Part shown: piece by piece, positions 13,931 through 27,399 of the stretch
Position numbering within the stretch: the first letter of the stretch is position 1
How the letters are laid out: the number at the start of each line of letters is the position of its first letter
NCBI RefSeq assembly: GCF_006345805.1
Contig: NC_043003.1
Coordinates: 8,432,001-8,496,000 of the forward strand
Length of the DNA stretch: 64,000 nucleotides
From: Octopus sinensis
Lineage: Eukaryota
Direction of reading: 5' to 3'
Made by a program: the position numbers and the translations under genes
The notes under the pieces: model-generated
What the model was told of the DNA's origin: nothing
The model's input: only the letters and a program-made list of their open reading frames with translations
Databases searched by the model: none

Positions 13931-14323
13931 CTAGCAGTATCGCCCGGCGTTGCTCGGGTTTGCTTCGACCCTTTAGAATTGGAATTTTTGAAAAGTAAAA
14001 GTTTTGCATTATGTAGTTTTTTATTCTCTTCAACTGAACATTTTTCTGGTTGAAATACACCGAAAAATGGCGACACATCAGTAAAAAAATCGTAAAAAAT
14101 AGGGATTTTCATATAAAAAAAAGTACTGTTTTGATGTACATAATGTTTGGTGTTAACATGGTCCGATTTGAATCTTTTCTTCTACGGAAGGAAGAGCAAT
14201 CCTTCTTCTATCATACTCTTAATTTTGGTCAACTTGCACCGCAGGGTCTCGGAGGAGATAGTGTTAGTTGAAGGCTACCAAACCTGCCATACACAGACAA
14301 CTTCAGCTTTATATATAGAGAGA
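13931..14323 (-). mobile_element. Non-autonomous Helitron
   Basis: 5' TC, 3' CTAG, subterminal hairpin cccg..cggg, between A and T; homologous to 59176-59548. Confidence 0.85.
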
Positions 14324-14332
14324 TATAGTATT

Positions 14333-14737
14333 GGGGCAGGCGTAGCTGTGTGGTAAGAAGCTTGCTTGCTTGTCCGCCACATGGTTCAGGGTTCAGTCCG
14401 ACTGCATGGCACCTTGAGCAAGTGTCTTCTATAATGGTCACGGGTTAACCAAATCTATGAGTGGATTTGGTAGACGGAAACTGAAAGAAGCCTGGCCTAT
14501 ACATAAATCCCTAGAGATTATGTCTTTGTATGTGTATTTGTCCTCCCCCCATCATCGATTGACAACTGGTGTTGGTGCGTGTACGTCTCCGTAACATAGC
14601 GGTTCGGCAAAAAAGAAAGAAAGAACACGTACCAGGATTTACAAAAAAATAGGTTCTGAGTTCGATTTGTTTGACGAAAATTCTTCAAAGCGGTGACCCA
14701 GCATGGCCGCACTCTAATAACTGAAACAAGAACAAGA
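14333..14737 (+). mobile_element. SINE family A, diverged
   Basis: Head, core and tail match. Confidence 0.8.
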
Positions 14738-14764
14738 TGGAAAATATGGAGATAAGTACATAAA

Positions 14765-14862
14765 TATAAAGTGTCTTGCTTAAGAATACAACACGTAGCC
14801 TGGTCAGGGGTTCGAACTCACATCCTCACAATCGTAAGCTCGACGCTCTAACCATTGAGCCA
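14765..14862 (-). mobile_element. tRNA-derived SINE head (CORE/V-like), different family
   Basis: tggctcaatggttagagcg...gagttcgaacccc then gtgttgtattcttaagcaagacactt. Confidence 0.6.
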
Positions 14863-15120
14863 TATATATCAAAATTATCTATTCACTCACGACAGAAGCC
14901 CAAACGCAAATCTGGTAGTACCTATAATACTACTACTGGATAACACAGGGTAAAACCTAAAGGTGGACGAGCTTTAGACTGTAATCTATTACATTTTTAA
15001 CAGAATACACCGTAACTATACATACATACATACATACATACATACATGCATACATACATACATACATACATACATACATACATACATGCATACATGCATA
15101 CATACATATATATATATATA

Positions 15121-16209
15121 CTAGCAGAGATACCCGCCGTTGCCCGTGTTACATACAATTGAAGAATTAGACTTTTCTGTTATATTTTTCTAATGAACTG
15201 GGATATCTATGTTTCGAATTTCATCAAACTTGCGGATGGGGGTTATTTCCCTCTTTACACACCCTAAAAAAATTGTAATCGTGTCACATGTATCCCATAC
15301 TACTGATTTTTATGCGCATATTCCAAAATTCCAGTTTTATTGAACCTGTTAAAAAGATTTTGCTCCTGAAAAATGAAGGTCATAGAGCTCTAAAATGTGA
15401 GAGTTAAGGCCCCTGTTGGGGGTAGGCATCTTAATGTCAACCAGAGAAGTTGAATTTTTTGAGAATCTTTTTTACTTGGGTCTTATATCTATTGTTTGAA
15501 TTACAAATAATGCTCATCTTCTATGCTTGGATGACCCCACAGCTTCTAAGAGTACAACTATTCGTCTTTGCTTAGATAGAATGACAAAATTGTGGGTGTT
15601 AAGTCCCCATGAAGGTATCTTTCTAACTTGTAAGAAAATGAAATTTTATAAATATTACTTCATTTTTATCTAATATCTATGGTTAAAATTTCCTCAACAG
15701 CAAAAATATATGAATTATCATGGGGGTTGTGGCCCTTATGCATAGAATATAATTTCCAAATTTCGTAAAGATCCATTCAGTCCTTTTGACTTAGTTTTGG
15801 ATCATAAAAGAAATGACTAAAATTTGGGTGTTAAGGCCCCCATTAGCGTGTCTTAGAAGCCTCATGTGAAGTGGAAACTTTGAGAATACTTCTTGATGTG
15901 TGTCAATTATCCATGGTTGAAATTTCATCAACATCGAAAATTTATGAATTTTCTGCTCCTTTTAAGCCATCCGAAATTCAAACCAAACATATTGCATTAT
16001 AGCCGCCCTTATGCATTGAATCTAAGTTTCAAATATCATAAGGATCCATTCAGAAATATTGGTCCATGAAATTGTATGAAACGGTCAGCATTACCCTTCT
16101 CCCTGAGCCTCGATTTTGTGTTCCAAATTTCATTATGATCGGGGCAGCAGTTTTTTTGAATATATAAGTAATACTCGAACACATAAAGATATTGTCTTTG
16201 ATATAATAA
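15121..16209 (-). mobile_element. Non-autonomous Helitron
   Basis: ctag end with cccg..cccgtg hairpin remnant; typical 5' region 'ccaaatttcat..gatcgg...ctttgatataata'. Confidence 0.65.
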
Positions 16210-16232
16210 ATATTAATGTACACATATACATA

Positions 16233-16268
<36 letters not shown>

Positions 16269-16271
<3 letters not shown>

Positions 16272-16806
16272 CAACAAATTGAGGAACGGCCATAATAGGC
16301 CGTTCGACTCACTAGAAGAAGCAGTCAGGGCTTCAACCGCAAATAGTAGTAATTCCGTAAACAGAGAAAAATTTAAAAAACATTTACCCTGTTCATCTTT
16401 AGACAATGCATTGTTTCATCGTTTTTTAATGGTAAATCAGCCTGATTAAATTAAATCAAGTCAATCTTCCAAAGGCTAACGCAATTCATCAGTAAAGAGG
16501 CCAGGAGGGAGAGAAATTACACGAGGCAGCTACCATAATGCTTCGGCAATATCTGACCTAAAATTTTCAAAATCATCGTACAATTTTTTTAATTTTTAAA
16601 AATTTTTCTCTGTTTACGGAATTACTACTATTTGCGGTTGAAGCCCTGACTGCTTCTTCTAGTGAGTCGAACGGCCTATTATGGCCGTTCCTCAATTTGT
16701 TGTTAAATTTATGAATAGTCTCTGACTATTTCCTTTTTCTCACTAGACCGCTGGTGGCAAAATAAATTTCTGCTGAATTTTTTGCTACCCTAATATTGTT
16801 TAGTTT
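16269..16806. mobile_element. Fold-back element: ~105-bp perfect inverted arms (16269-16373 / 16598-16705), hammerhead in loop, ~100-bp tail
   Basis: Arms read by eye as exact reverse complements; (TA)n at left, TA-rich at right. Confidence 0.85.
16396..16498 (-). ncRNA. Type I hammerhead ribozyme with intact core
   Basis: ucuuua-CUGAUGA-auug...cgau-GAAA-caaugcauug-UC-uaaaga; perfect stem I, palindromic stem III, GUC site. Confidence 0.8.
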
Positions 16807-16819
16807 ATATAGATATATA

Positions 16820-18054
16820 CTAGCATTATGACCCGTCATTTCCGGGTCATAGTGCGAGAGCATGTATATATGTGTATATATATATGTGTACATATTACAT
16901 GTACATCTATATGTATACATCTACACATAATATACAAAATACAAAGTTATATCTTGATATCGCTAGTGATAACAATACTCAAAATATATAACAGACTGGA
17001 ATTGTAGGCCCGTCTCTTGTAATTTCGATCAATTGTATCTTGCCCTCCCTCTTGAATAGAAGTGTGGCTACAATCCAGCCTACCTCTACTTCTGGGGGGA
17101 GATTTTAAATTTTTGTCCGGGACGTCCTACGTCCCAGATATAAAGGTAAAAATAAAATATTTCCACTTTGCAAGATTCGAGTCGAGTACTTCCTTGCACG
17201 CTCCGTTGACTCGAACCTTGCTTCTATTGTGGCGAATTTACCGCCTCTGGTTAGATATCTTTCAAAGTCGCACCAAGACACTTTTCGATGGTGCTTTCCT
17301 CCAGGTGTTCAAATCTTTTTTTCTCTACATTGTATACTTTATAGACAATAGTCTTTTCTTTAATTTAATTTTTTATTTCGTTTAGTAGTGTTATCCTAGA
17401 TTCACTATCTTTGTCGTTGATCAATCCGAAATAGGTTTGTATTTCTTCCATTTTTATTTTAATGAGTTCGCGCCCGCCGACGGCTGCAGCGGAATTCATT
17501 TTGGGGCTTTCTTCTATCGAAGGCTTTCTAACAAAAATGCTTCCGTATAAACGGTGAAAATATTGTCAATTTCCACAAACAGGGACACAGTTCAATGTTT
17601 AAATAATAAGCTACTTCTTCCAAAGGGGGAGGGTTACAGTTTACAATTATTTAACAAATGCAACACAACAATGTTTCCCTTACGAGGAACCAACAAACGT
17701 GATAACAATAGTTAAACAGTAATAATAATAACAACAAACCTTACGGTGAATCAAAAAGTTATAGTCCTTTATGTATAAGAAATAAACCAACAGCAGTACT
17801 CAGTAGAAGCGGCTGTTCGAGAAAACAGACATTACATACAGCCAAACTTCATATAGATACTTATCGTAGTGGATAAGATATGATATTGTTGTGGGCTCGC
17901 CCTAGGCAAAAAGTTAAAAGATATTTTGCCGATGATACTCCCCGGACCCTAAGTAAGGCATGTGTAAAATTTGAGTGAATTTTGTTTGTGTAGTTCTCAA
18001 GTTTTAGGGAAACACACAGACAGACAGACAGACACACAGACATACATTCTCAGT

Positions 18055-18060
<6 letters not shown>
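16820..18060 (-). mobile_element. Non-autonomous Helitron
   Basis: ctag end, perfect hairpin tatgacccg/cgggtcata (16827-16851); 5' end with (ACAG)n. Confidence 0.7.
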
Positions 18061-18112
<52 letters not shown>

Positions 18113-18154
18113 TGTGTATATGTATGTATATATATATATATCTACATATATATA

Positions 18155-18213
<59 letters not shown>

Positions 18214-18726
18214 TATTCATATACATTCTAAGTTCTTCGTTGATCGAATAACTGTTTCAAATTTCAGTTACCACAATTTACGGCTCTAATAATGAAGCGT
18301 GTAGCTGAACTTCGATTTGTTTAGCATAACTAATTATGCTTGTCTCGTACTTTGACGTATACAATTCCCTGGTGTGATTCGAGTGATCGTCTTCAGTTTC
18401 TAAATAATTATTGACGTCACAGTGGCTTCGTACTGAAATGTGATAATTTTTACATAGCTTAGTACACGGCCTCCAAAATTGATGACAGAACGGGAAATAG
18501 TTATCAAAACAGAGACTGGAAATTGAATATTTACAATAGATAAGACAGTGCTAGTTAACCTATATAACATGCGGCAATTTAAATCTAGCGATTTTTAAAT
18601 CTGCCGCAAAATTACAATTCAACATTAAACTGATATACGTACCGATGTTTATAAGGTTGAATGGCACGAGTTTTAAAAGAATTAACTGATAAAAATGCGG
18701 TGTTTCGCTCATAACTTCTGTAGTTC

Positions 18727-18768
18727 ACCAGACACTGTGTTTCGACAAGATTTGGTCTCTTCAGTGAC
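18727..18768 (-). ncRNA. Minimal type I hammerhead ribozyme-like motif
   Basis: guca-CUGAAGA-gac.caaaucuu.guc-GAAA-cacagug-UC-uggu. Confidence 0.55.
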
Positions 18769-19010
18769 GTGTATCCCACGTATTCTGAGTTAAGCTGAAA
18801 ATGCCAGTTACAATATGACGGAATTTTTTTTCTTGGACAATTCAAAATGCTTGTTCCCTTATCGAGGAATATCTTTTTGCCAGTTTATAGCGTTGGTTCT
18901 CGCAAGAAATTATGCGTAACTATTGATAAATGAAGTAATGCATACAGTGATATTTAATTGTTTTGCATCACTGACAAAGAAAGTATCATAATTTTATCTT
19001 TAATAGGCAT

Positions 19011-19510
19011 ACTCTCTTTTACTCTTTTACTTGTTTCAGTAATTTGACTGCGGCCATGCTGGAGCACCACCTTTTTTAGTCGAGCAAATCAACCCCAGGA
19101 ATTATTCTTTGTAAGCCTAGTACTTATTCTATCGTTCTCTTTTGCCGAACCGCTAAGTTACGGGGACGTAGACAGACCAGCATCGGTTGTCAAGCGCTGT
19201 TGGGGAGGGGGACAAACACAAACACACATACATACACACACATACACACATATATACGACGGGCTTCATTCAGTTTCCGTCTACCAAATCCACTCACAAG
19301 GCTTTTGTCGGCCCGAGACTATAGTAGAAGACACTTGCTCAAGGTGCCACGCAGTGGGACTGAACCCGGAACTATGTGGTTGGGAAGCAAGCTTCTTACT
19401 ACACAGCCACATATATATGTATGTATATGTGTGTTGTATATATATATATATACATACTTACCACACAGCCACTCCTGCGCCTGGCTACTTACCCCACAGC
19501 CACTCCTGCC
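19011..19510 (-). mobile_element. SINE family A with duplicated head fragments (19457-19510)
   Basis: Full body match; cttaccacacagccactcctgc repeated. Confidence 0.9.
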
Positions 19511-21604
19511 TGCTTTATTTATTATTGTTTTTGCACTTCTCAGGAAAAGAAACTGGTGCTTAGCTGTGAAGTTGTTACCGACTGTAGTGTCTTTCACTGA
19601 AATGTGGTTAATTGACCTTTATCTAAATGTGACAGTCTTAGTTCATAGCCTATGTATAGAACAGTACATAGACACTGAGCAATCGATTCAAATGTAAAGA
19701 TATTCCTTCTGCTGCATTTTATCGAAATAACGTACGAATAGTTATCGAGATAAAATCAATTTTGGTATCTATATCAACAGAGTAGAGCAGTTAAAAAAAA
19801 CTTTATAATATATCAATAAAATGTCTCTATTGAAATCTGACAATATGATAAAGCAATATCAAATTTAAATAAGGTGGGGAAAATGAGAGATATTTCAATT
19901 TTTAACAATTAATAAAGTCTGTCTGGAATAGATTTATCTGTGCAATATTATTGCACAGATATAAATTTGGACATTCATAAAATACAGTGATTATGTGTAA
20001 TGTCCATATATATATATATATATATATCAACCAATGTGTGTAGGCTTATGTATGTATGTGTGTATAAGAGTGTGTGTAATTTATATATACATATGAATGT
20101 GTGTGTTTACAAAGATTTATTAAATATATATGTGTATATGTGTATTCGTGTTCACTACATATGTCTAAGCTGTATATTTGTTTTCTATGTGTATACGTAC
20201 AATCCATTTGCTAGTACTGCAATGTCCGCCATAATATGATGTCTACCATAGATAGTGGCTAGATCTATTTCAAGCGTTTATTTATTGGATGTGCTTTCAG
20301 CTTTGTCATTTTCCCGCAACGGCTTTCTGTGCATAACAGTTCTAGAGAACCAACTACGATATCACCAACACAATAACGATGATGATAACACAGATGCTGC
20401 TGCGGCTGCTGCTGGTGGTGAATAATATGTTGATGTTACAGATTACGATGATGTTGATGATCACGGTGATCGCTATAGTAATGATCGTAATGTTAGTAAG
20501 TAGCGATGATCGATAATTATAAGTGTTATCTTTTAGGACTTAATATTAGAAAGTGGTAATGGTGGATAAAATAATAACCAGTGTTGGTGATATTAGTAAC
20601 ATTAGTAGTAAATATAACGTTAAGAGTTACGTGATATACTGTTGATGTTTATGGCGTGTGTACTATCATTCTCCTTCATACCCATTTTTATAGCTCTCAT
20701 ATTCTTATTCTCATTATATGTATTTCCTTAATTGCCCCCTTTTTATTGTAATTACACTGAGTGCAGATAACCACGCTTTTAAATCTATCTTGTTTTCGTT
20801 TCGCTAATCATTTGCAAAGCACATTATCGTCTGCATTATCCCGTAATTGTTTTATCTAACTCTAGTTCGAAAATAATTAAACGAATACAAATTTCTATGA
20901 CGCAAAGGTTACTATAATATATTTAAAATATTTTTTTGTACAGTGTCTAATCCAGTGTGTTCGGGGTTGCATTTTCAGAAACAAAGAGAGACATGACTAC
21001 AAGTTAATTAATTTTTACATTGTAAGAAATAAACAAAAGATCGATCATCGTCTCAGGCAGTTTTTCGTTTTCAAAGAAAATTGGAGAAAACAAAAATAAG
21101 AAAATAAATTTCCTTGGAAGCAATGTTTTTGTACTATTGTCTAACTCACGTGTCGTGTATTAATACGTACATAGACTACATTGCTTGTAAACTAAACCAT
21201 ATGAAACACAGCATCTTATTTGTAAATACCAATTTATATGCCAGTCCTTATACGTACATACATTGTGAATATTTGAAACGTGAATTCAAGTGCATGATGT
21301 TTTTTAATAGGCTCGTGCGATATGTGTTCTAGTAATTGAAAATTCTCTTGCTAAAAACTACTATCGTTATACGCCAAGAGTTTTAAAGTTGAAAGCTACC
21401 ATCTCATGGTAGTACTGTAACAAATTAATTTTTGTTGTAAGAGCAAGAAAATGATATTCAGTATTACAGAAAAACAAGAATAATTGTATAAGTTTGGTAG
21501 CACGAGATCGTGCCATTAGAATTAGTATCTTGAGCAGTTAATTTATGCAGATAGAACAATTACAGAAAAATACGTTTAATCCTATAAGGATAATAGCTCG
21601 AGAT

Positions 21605-21839
21605 TGGGGGCGGCCAGCTGGCAGAACCGTTAGCCCGCCGGGTGGAATGCGTAGCCGTATTTCGTCTGCCGTTACGTTCTGAGTTCAAATACCGCCGAGG
21701 TCGACTTTGCTTTTCATTCTTTCGGGAGCGATAAATTAAGTACCAGTTACGCACTGGGGTCGATGTAATCGACTTAATCCGTTTGTCTGTCCTTGTTTGT
21801 CCCTTCTATGTTTAGCCCCTTGTAGGTAATAAAGAAACA
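21605..21839 (+). mobile_element. SINE family B monomer with 16-bp TSD
   Basis: TSD gataatagctcgagat at 21589-21604 and 21840-21855. Confidence 0.9.
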
Positions 21840-22616
21840 GATAATAGCTCGAGATCGTACCATTAGTATTAGTATCTAAGATAGTTTACTAAGAGACCTA
21901 CATCATTCAGTAGCCCGTTACACGTTACAGTAATAAATATACAACATATATATTTCCCTAGCTCTGATGAAATGTGGAAACCAGCTGAAAATGTGTAGCC
22001 GTTTGTTAACCGATTGTCAGAAAAAATAGATGAGTGATTTCTTAAACTGAAATTTCTATGAAAATATGTAACATTTAATGTTTTTTATGTTAATATACAA
22101 CTTCTTCAGAAGTCTGATCACAATAGCCACACACTAATTCATCGACATTCAAAATAAGAACTGTGAATTTCAGCTTATCGTCATCAAATATGAACTCTAT
22201 TCTCTGTTCTCTATTGGATTGTATAAAGTTACGAAACAAAATTTTCGTCTCTACGTGTCCTAAAAAGACGCGAAAATGTTGATCAAATATGAACAAATTT
22301 AGTTGTATTTTTTATGTTGGGTCGTAATATTTCAGGAGTTCAGAGTTGAATATACGAATAATTCTATAAAAGAGAACTGTTCACACATCGTTTTATCTTA
22401 TTAAATACTTTGAATCACGAGTTCTCGATCATTATATCACTAACAAAAAAAATAATAAACTGATATTGAAATGGATGGTGAAATTTATAAAAACTATATA
22501 ATCTGAAAATGTCCGCATCATTTTTTAAAGATTTTTAGTATTGTTTATTTCGTGGGAGGAATTTTGATATGGATTAATATAATCTTGTAACAGTTACTTT
22601 TCCATTACAACTAATA

Positions 22617-23030
22617 GGCGCAGGAGTGGCTGTGTGATAAGTAGCTTGCTTACCAACGACATGGTTCTGGTTTCAGTCCCACTGCGTGGCATCTTGGGCA
22701 AGTGTCTTCTGCTATAGCCCCGGGCCGACCAATGCCTTGTGAGTGGATTTGGTAGACGGAAACTGAAAGAAGCCTGTCGTATATATGTATATATCTATAT
22801 ATATGTATTTGTGTGTATGTTTTTGTGTCTGTGTTTGTCCCCCTAGCATTGCTTGACAACCGATGCTGGTAAGTTTACGTCCCCGTCACTTAGCAGTTCG
22901 GCAAAAGAGGCCGATAGAACAAGTACTGGGCTTACAAAAGAATAAGTTCCGGGGTCGATTTGCTCGACTAAAGGCGGTGCTCCAGCATGGCCGCAACCAA
23001 ATGACTGAAACAAGTAAAAGAGTAAAAGAG
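22617..23030 (+). mobile_element. SINE family A, full length
   Basis: A/B boxes, CORE-like cttgggcaagtg, (GTAAAAGA)n tail. Confidence 0.9.
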
Positions 23031-23180
23031 TAAATTAATTTAGAGTAAAATCCATGGCGGAATAATTATATAAAAACTCAAACCTAGATTTCATTTGGTC
23101 TGCTTCGTGTCAGAGATAGTTCCTGAAGGAGAAACAAGGATTGAATACATTTAAAATGATTTGCCCTTTTATTGCGACAC

Positions 23181-23390
23181 ACGAGGGGAGTGCTGAAAAG
23201 TTCCTAGCTTTAAGGTATCGTGAAAGGCCTGTTTGGGGGCCCAAGCTTCTGAGTTCTTTTACCGGCCTTAGAAAAACTAAAGAACCCTTGCAATTAGTAT
23301 GTGAATCCGAGAGAGGAATATGTTGAATAAAATCATAATTAACTGATCCTCCTGTATTTTCTCTTACCTAAAGCCAGGAACTTTCCTGCT
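23181..23390. mobile_element. Mariner-type MITE, same family as 60145-60361 and 61768-61933
   Basis: TIR acgaggg.agtgctgaaaagttcct.gcttt / aaagccaggaacttt; internal homology in inverted orientation. Confidence 0.75.
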
Positions 23391-24711
23391 TTTAAAAATC
23401 TCCGTAACATTAACGACATATGCTAAACGTTTGTTTGCAAACGGATGTGGAAATTCAGGCCTCGAATTTTGAAGAAGAAAGGAGAATGTGCCATGCATCG
23501 TGACACTTACTATAAATTGGATAAATTGCAGCAGCTTTATCATGAATTTACAAACTGGAGATATTATCTCGTGTGTGACTTAGGAAGTATCCCTAATCTT
23601 CTTGAATTTAATTTACTTATTTTGAATAGCATTGTAGTAGCAGAGAATAAAAAGATTCTGGTTTTTATGTTCTTCCAAAATATGGTAACAACTGTAACCT
23701 TGGACGAAACCTTCAGCGGTTGTTCATAATAAAATATTATATATTTAAACAATAAAATCTCTTGTGAATATTTGCAGCTCAATATTAGACGTGTTATTAA
23801 ATAGATTGAATTGCATATTGCTTTTCATATGTGGAAATATAAAGAATAGCTTTTGGTTATATTATAATGTCTACAATATCAAAATTTCATATTAATTTGA
23901 ATCTCAGACTATTGGAATGTCGCCATCTGTTTTGTTTTATATCCATGAAAAACTACAAAACGCAATATTTTATTCGCGAATGCCACGCTTTAACAAATGA
24001 AAACAGCTTCCTAGTAGAGTCTGGCTGGCACTTAAATAGCGTTGCCGCTTGACAGGTGGGCCAAGGGAACCATCTCCTCCCCGATGGTTCAAAGGCTTGT
24101 AACACCAGACAGCGAGTCGGTTCTGGCTGCTGGAGCTGAAACTAACACGACTCTGTTGGAAGTTAGGTGTAGGGGAGGGCCTAAACTACGCGCCCTTCTC
24201 CTCCATTGGTCGGTTGAAGCCTAGATTGTGTCATGTGACAGTTAGCTGGCGCTGGCTACTGGAGCCTGAAGGCGATTATTTAAAGGGAAATTTTGCTAGT
24301 CTATCATTCGCCCGCTGAAATTCGTTGATGCTGCATCAAAGACACCAAAGAACAAAAAGCCAAAGAAAACAAAAAAAAAAAGAAATGCACTCAAAACCAG
24401 ATCTGACGGCACCGCTGAAAACGACCCACGTCAAAAACGATAGAGGAGTAAGGGCCGAAACAGGACGTGGCTTCTCTTGATGATGTCCTTAGCCACTGAA
24501 TCCTATAAATGAGCTATTGAGGTAGCGAACCACGAAACTCGGTTGGAATTCCTTATGGAATGCTGCATTTATCTACGAAAAATATTTACATTCTTGACAA
24601 GCTTATTAAAATTATAAAGTTGACTATGATTCAGACAGTTCTATATTTACGAGATCGGGAATTATGTACATTATTTACATTTGACGGACATTTGTCCCCA
24701 TCTTGTTTGTT

Positions 24712-24785
<74 letters not shown>

Positions 24786-24786
<1 letters not shown>

Positions 24787-25570
24787 TCAAGATCAATGCC
24801 TACCAACAAGAAACTACCAGGCCAACATATTAAAGAATGGCAGTAGCCCAACATGTGTATGTCGACAACAAAATGAAACTATTGATCATGTTGTCTCCAA
24901 GTGCAGTCTTCTAGCGCCTACAGAGTATCTCAACAGGCATGATAGAGCTGCACAATATATCCACTGGGTAATTTGCAAAAACCTGGATTTACCCCATGAA
25001 AAAAACTGGTGGGAACACAAACCACCTCCAGTGCTTGAAAATGACCACATCTCACTCCTCTGGAACTTCACCATTCAAACTGACAGAAAGATAGATGCAA
25101 ATAGGCCAGACATCATATGGAAAGACTTCAGACAAAGAACACGCCACCTCATTGATATGACTGTCCCAATCGATATAAACGTATCTGTCTAGACCTACCA
25201 AAAACTGAGCAAATATAAAGATCTTGAAATAGAAATCAGCAAAATGTGGAAGCTAAAGACTAAAACAATACCTGTTGTCATAGGTGCCCTGGGAATGATA
25301 GCGAAAGGAGCTGATTGCTACCTAACTCAGATACCAGGAAACCCCAAAATGGCAGAAATTCAAAAGATAGTGCTCATGGGAACTGCTCATATCCTACGCA
25401 AAATACTTTCTATGTAATCTCAAGGTTTAAAACAAACATAATTTTCGGTTTTTTTATTTATTTATTTTTTTTTAGACATTCACTAGTACAACACCAACTC
25501 TTGTCTCTTGAGGTCTCTGGGTGAGACTTGGAGCCAACTTGTAAAAATATAAAGCAAAAGTCAAACATAG
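24786..25570 (+). mobile_element. R4/Dong-like non-LTR retrotransposon 3' end (CCHC finger + restriction-like endonuclease), pseudogenised
   Basis: QDQ.L.TR, C..C....ETIDH..S.C, RHD, NRPDI, IDMTVP, K..KY..L..E; in-frame TAG at 25190, natural stop at 25417; (AAT)n on both sides. Confidence 0.9.
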
Positions 25571-25869
25571 AATAATAATAATAATAGATTGGGTATAGGC
25601 TTCAGCCTTCATCAGGTATCTTGGGGAAATTTTGAACCTGGGTTCTTATTCCTAAGGTATTTTCGATGTTATTATCATTATTCCGGTCACTGCCTGGAAT
25701 CGAATTCGGAATCTTGGAGTTAGTAACCCGCGCTCTTAACCACTACGCCATATGTTTTAAGAAGTTTCTTCCAGTCGCTCGTCATTTGGGGGTGAGCTAA
25801 TCGCGAAGAATGGTATTTGAGGAAAAGCATACATCATATTTTTGAGTTTTAACGTCATCATTAAAGGCT

Positions 25870-26330
25870 TGGCTGGGTGGTTAGGAAGCAACATTTGCAA
25901 CACGTATTCTCGGGTTCAATCCAACTGCGCGCGCGAGACTTTAAGTAAATATCTTCCATTATGGCTCCGAACCGACCAACGCCTTGAGTGTGGATTTTGT
26001 TGCCGGAAACTGTGTGTAAGTCTACCAGATATTTATACAAGTGTGTGTGTGTGTGTGTATGTGGTGTGTGTGTGTGTGTGTATGTGTGTGTGTGTGTATG
26101 TGTGTGTGTATGTGTGTGTGTGTGTGTGTTTGTGTGTGTATGCCTGGGTTTCTTGACAACTGGAGTTGGTTAGTTCTAACTTGCCAAACTCCGGTTGATA
26201 AGTTAGAAGTTTGGCAAAAGACATCAATGAAATACGTGCCAGATTTAAAAAGAAAAACGAGAATTCGGATTGATTACCGGACTAAAATGCCCCAGTATGG
26301 CCGCATTTCAATGACTGAAACAAGTAAAAG
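25870..26330 (+). mobile_element. SINE family A, highly diverged
   Basis: Partial match incl. gagtgtggattttg and atggccgca...aatgactgaaacaagtaaaag. Confidence 0.65.
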
Positions 26331-26706
26331 TTAACATAAAAAAGATTGATATTCGTCCTTGTAATTCCAATTTCTTCTTCAGTAGTCTAAGTGTAAATTT
26401 CATCACTATATTATCACTGGAGACAAATGATTTATTATTTTTTAATTTTTTATTCTTAATTGAATTCACAGAATGAACGAGAGGCGTTTGATTTTTATAT
26501 TTTCAGTTGTTTTGACAACTTTCTATAAAACCAATACAATTAATTAAAGATTTAATTAAGGAATAAAAAAGGAATTAATTAAACTCGTATGCGATATGCG
26601 AATGCATATTTGGTATAATTGGAAAATAACGTAGGACTACACTCACACATTCACACACAGATACACACACATATATCTATATACATACATATATATTTGT
26701 CAGTAA

Positions 26707-26737
<31 letters not shown>

Positions 26738-26907
26738 CATCGTACAAAACTAGTATGTTCAGGATTGCAGCTTTAGCTATTTCACTTTTAGTTAAGTGTA
26801 AATCATACCACATGCTGTTTGTTTAAATTATTAATGTTATGCAAATATAAATAGAATATTTTGTAACATATGTTGAAGTATATGAGTTAATTGAATTTGT
26901 ACTACAG

Positions 26908-27102
26908 TACCTATCTATCTATCTATACCTATCAATCTATCTATCTATCTATCTTTACCTATCTATCTATACCTATCTATTTATCTATCTATCTATCTAT
27001 CTATCTATACCTATCTATCTATCTATACCTATCTATACTTATCTATACCTATCTATCTATCTATACCTATCTATCTATCTATACCTATCTATCTATCTAT
27101 AC

Positions 27103-27178
<76 letters not shown>

Positions 27179-27182
27179 ACCT
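26908..27182. repeat. (TATC)n microsatellite with ATAC interruptions
   Basis: Directly visible. Confidence 0.95.
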
Positions 27183-27339
27183 GTCTATGTACCAAGCAAC
27201 CGAGATCGCGATCTATCAGCTTTTCTCTATTTACCCATAGATCAATCCTCTTTATAATTATCTCTCTCTCTATTTCTGTCCAAATATATATATATATCAG
27301 AATAATAAGAAAGGGTTCTTGATACAGCATAATATATTT

Positions 27340-27399
<60 letters not shown>

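Noticed and set aside
21961-22000. CTGATGA...GAAA hammerhead-like match
   Set aside because: Stems I and III do not pair convincingly; a similarly degenerate match at 360-397 was also dropped
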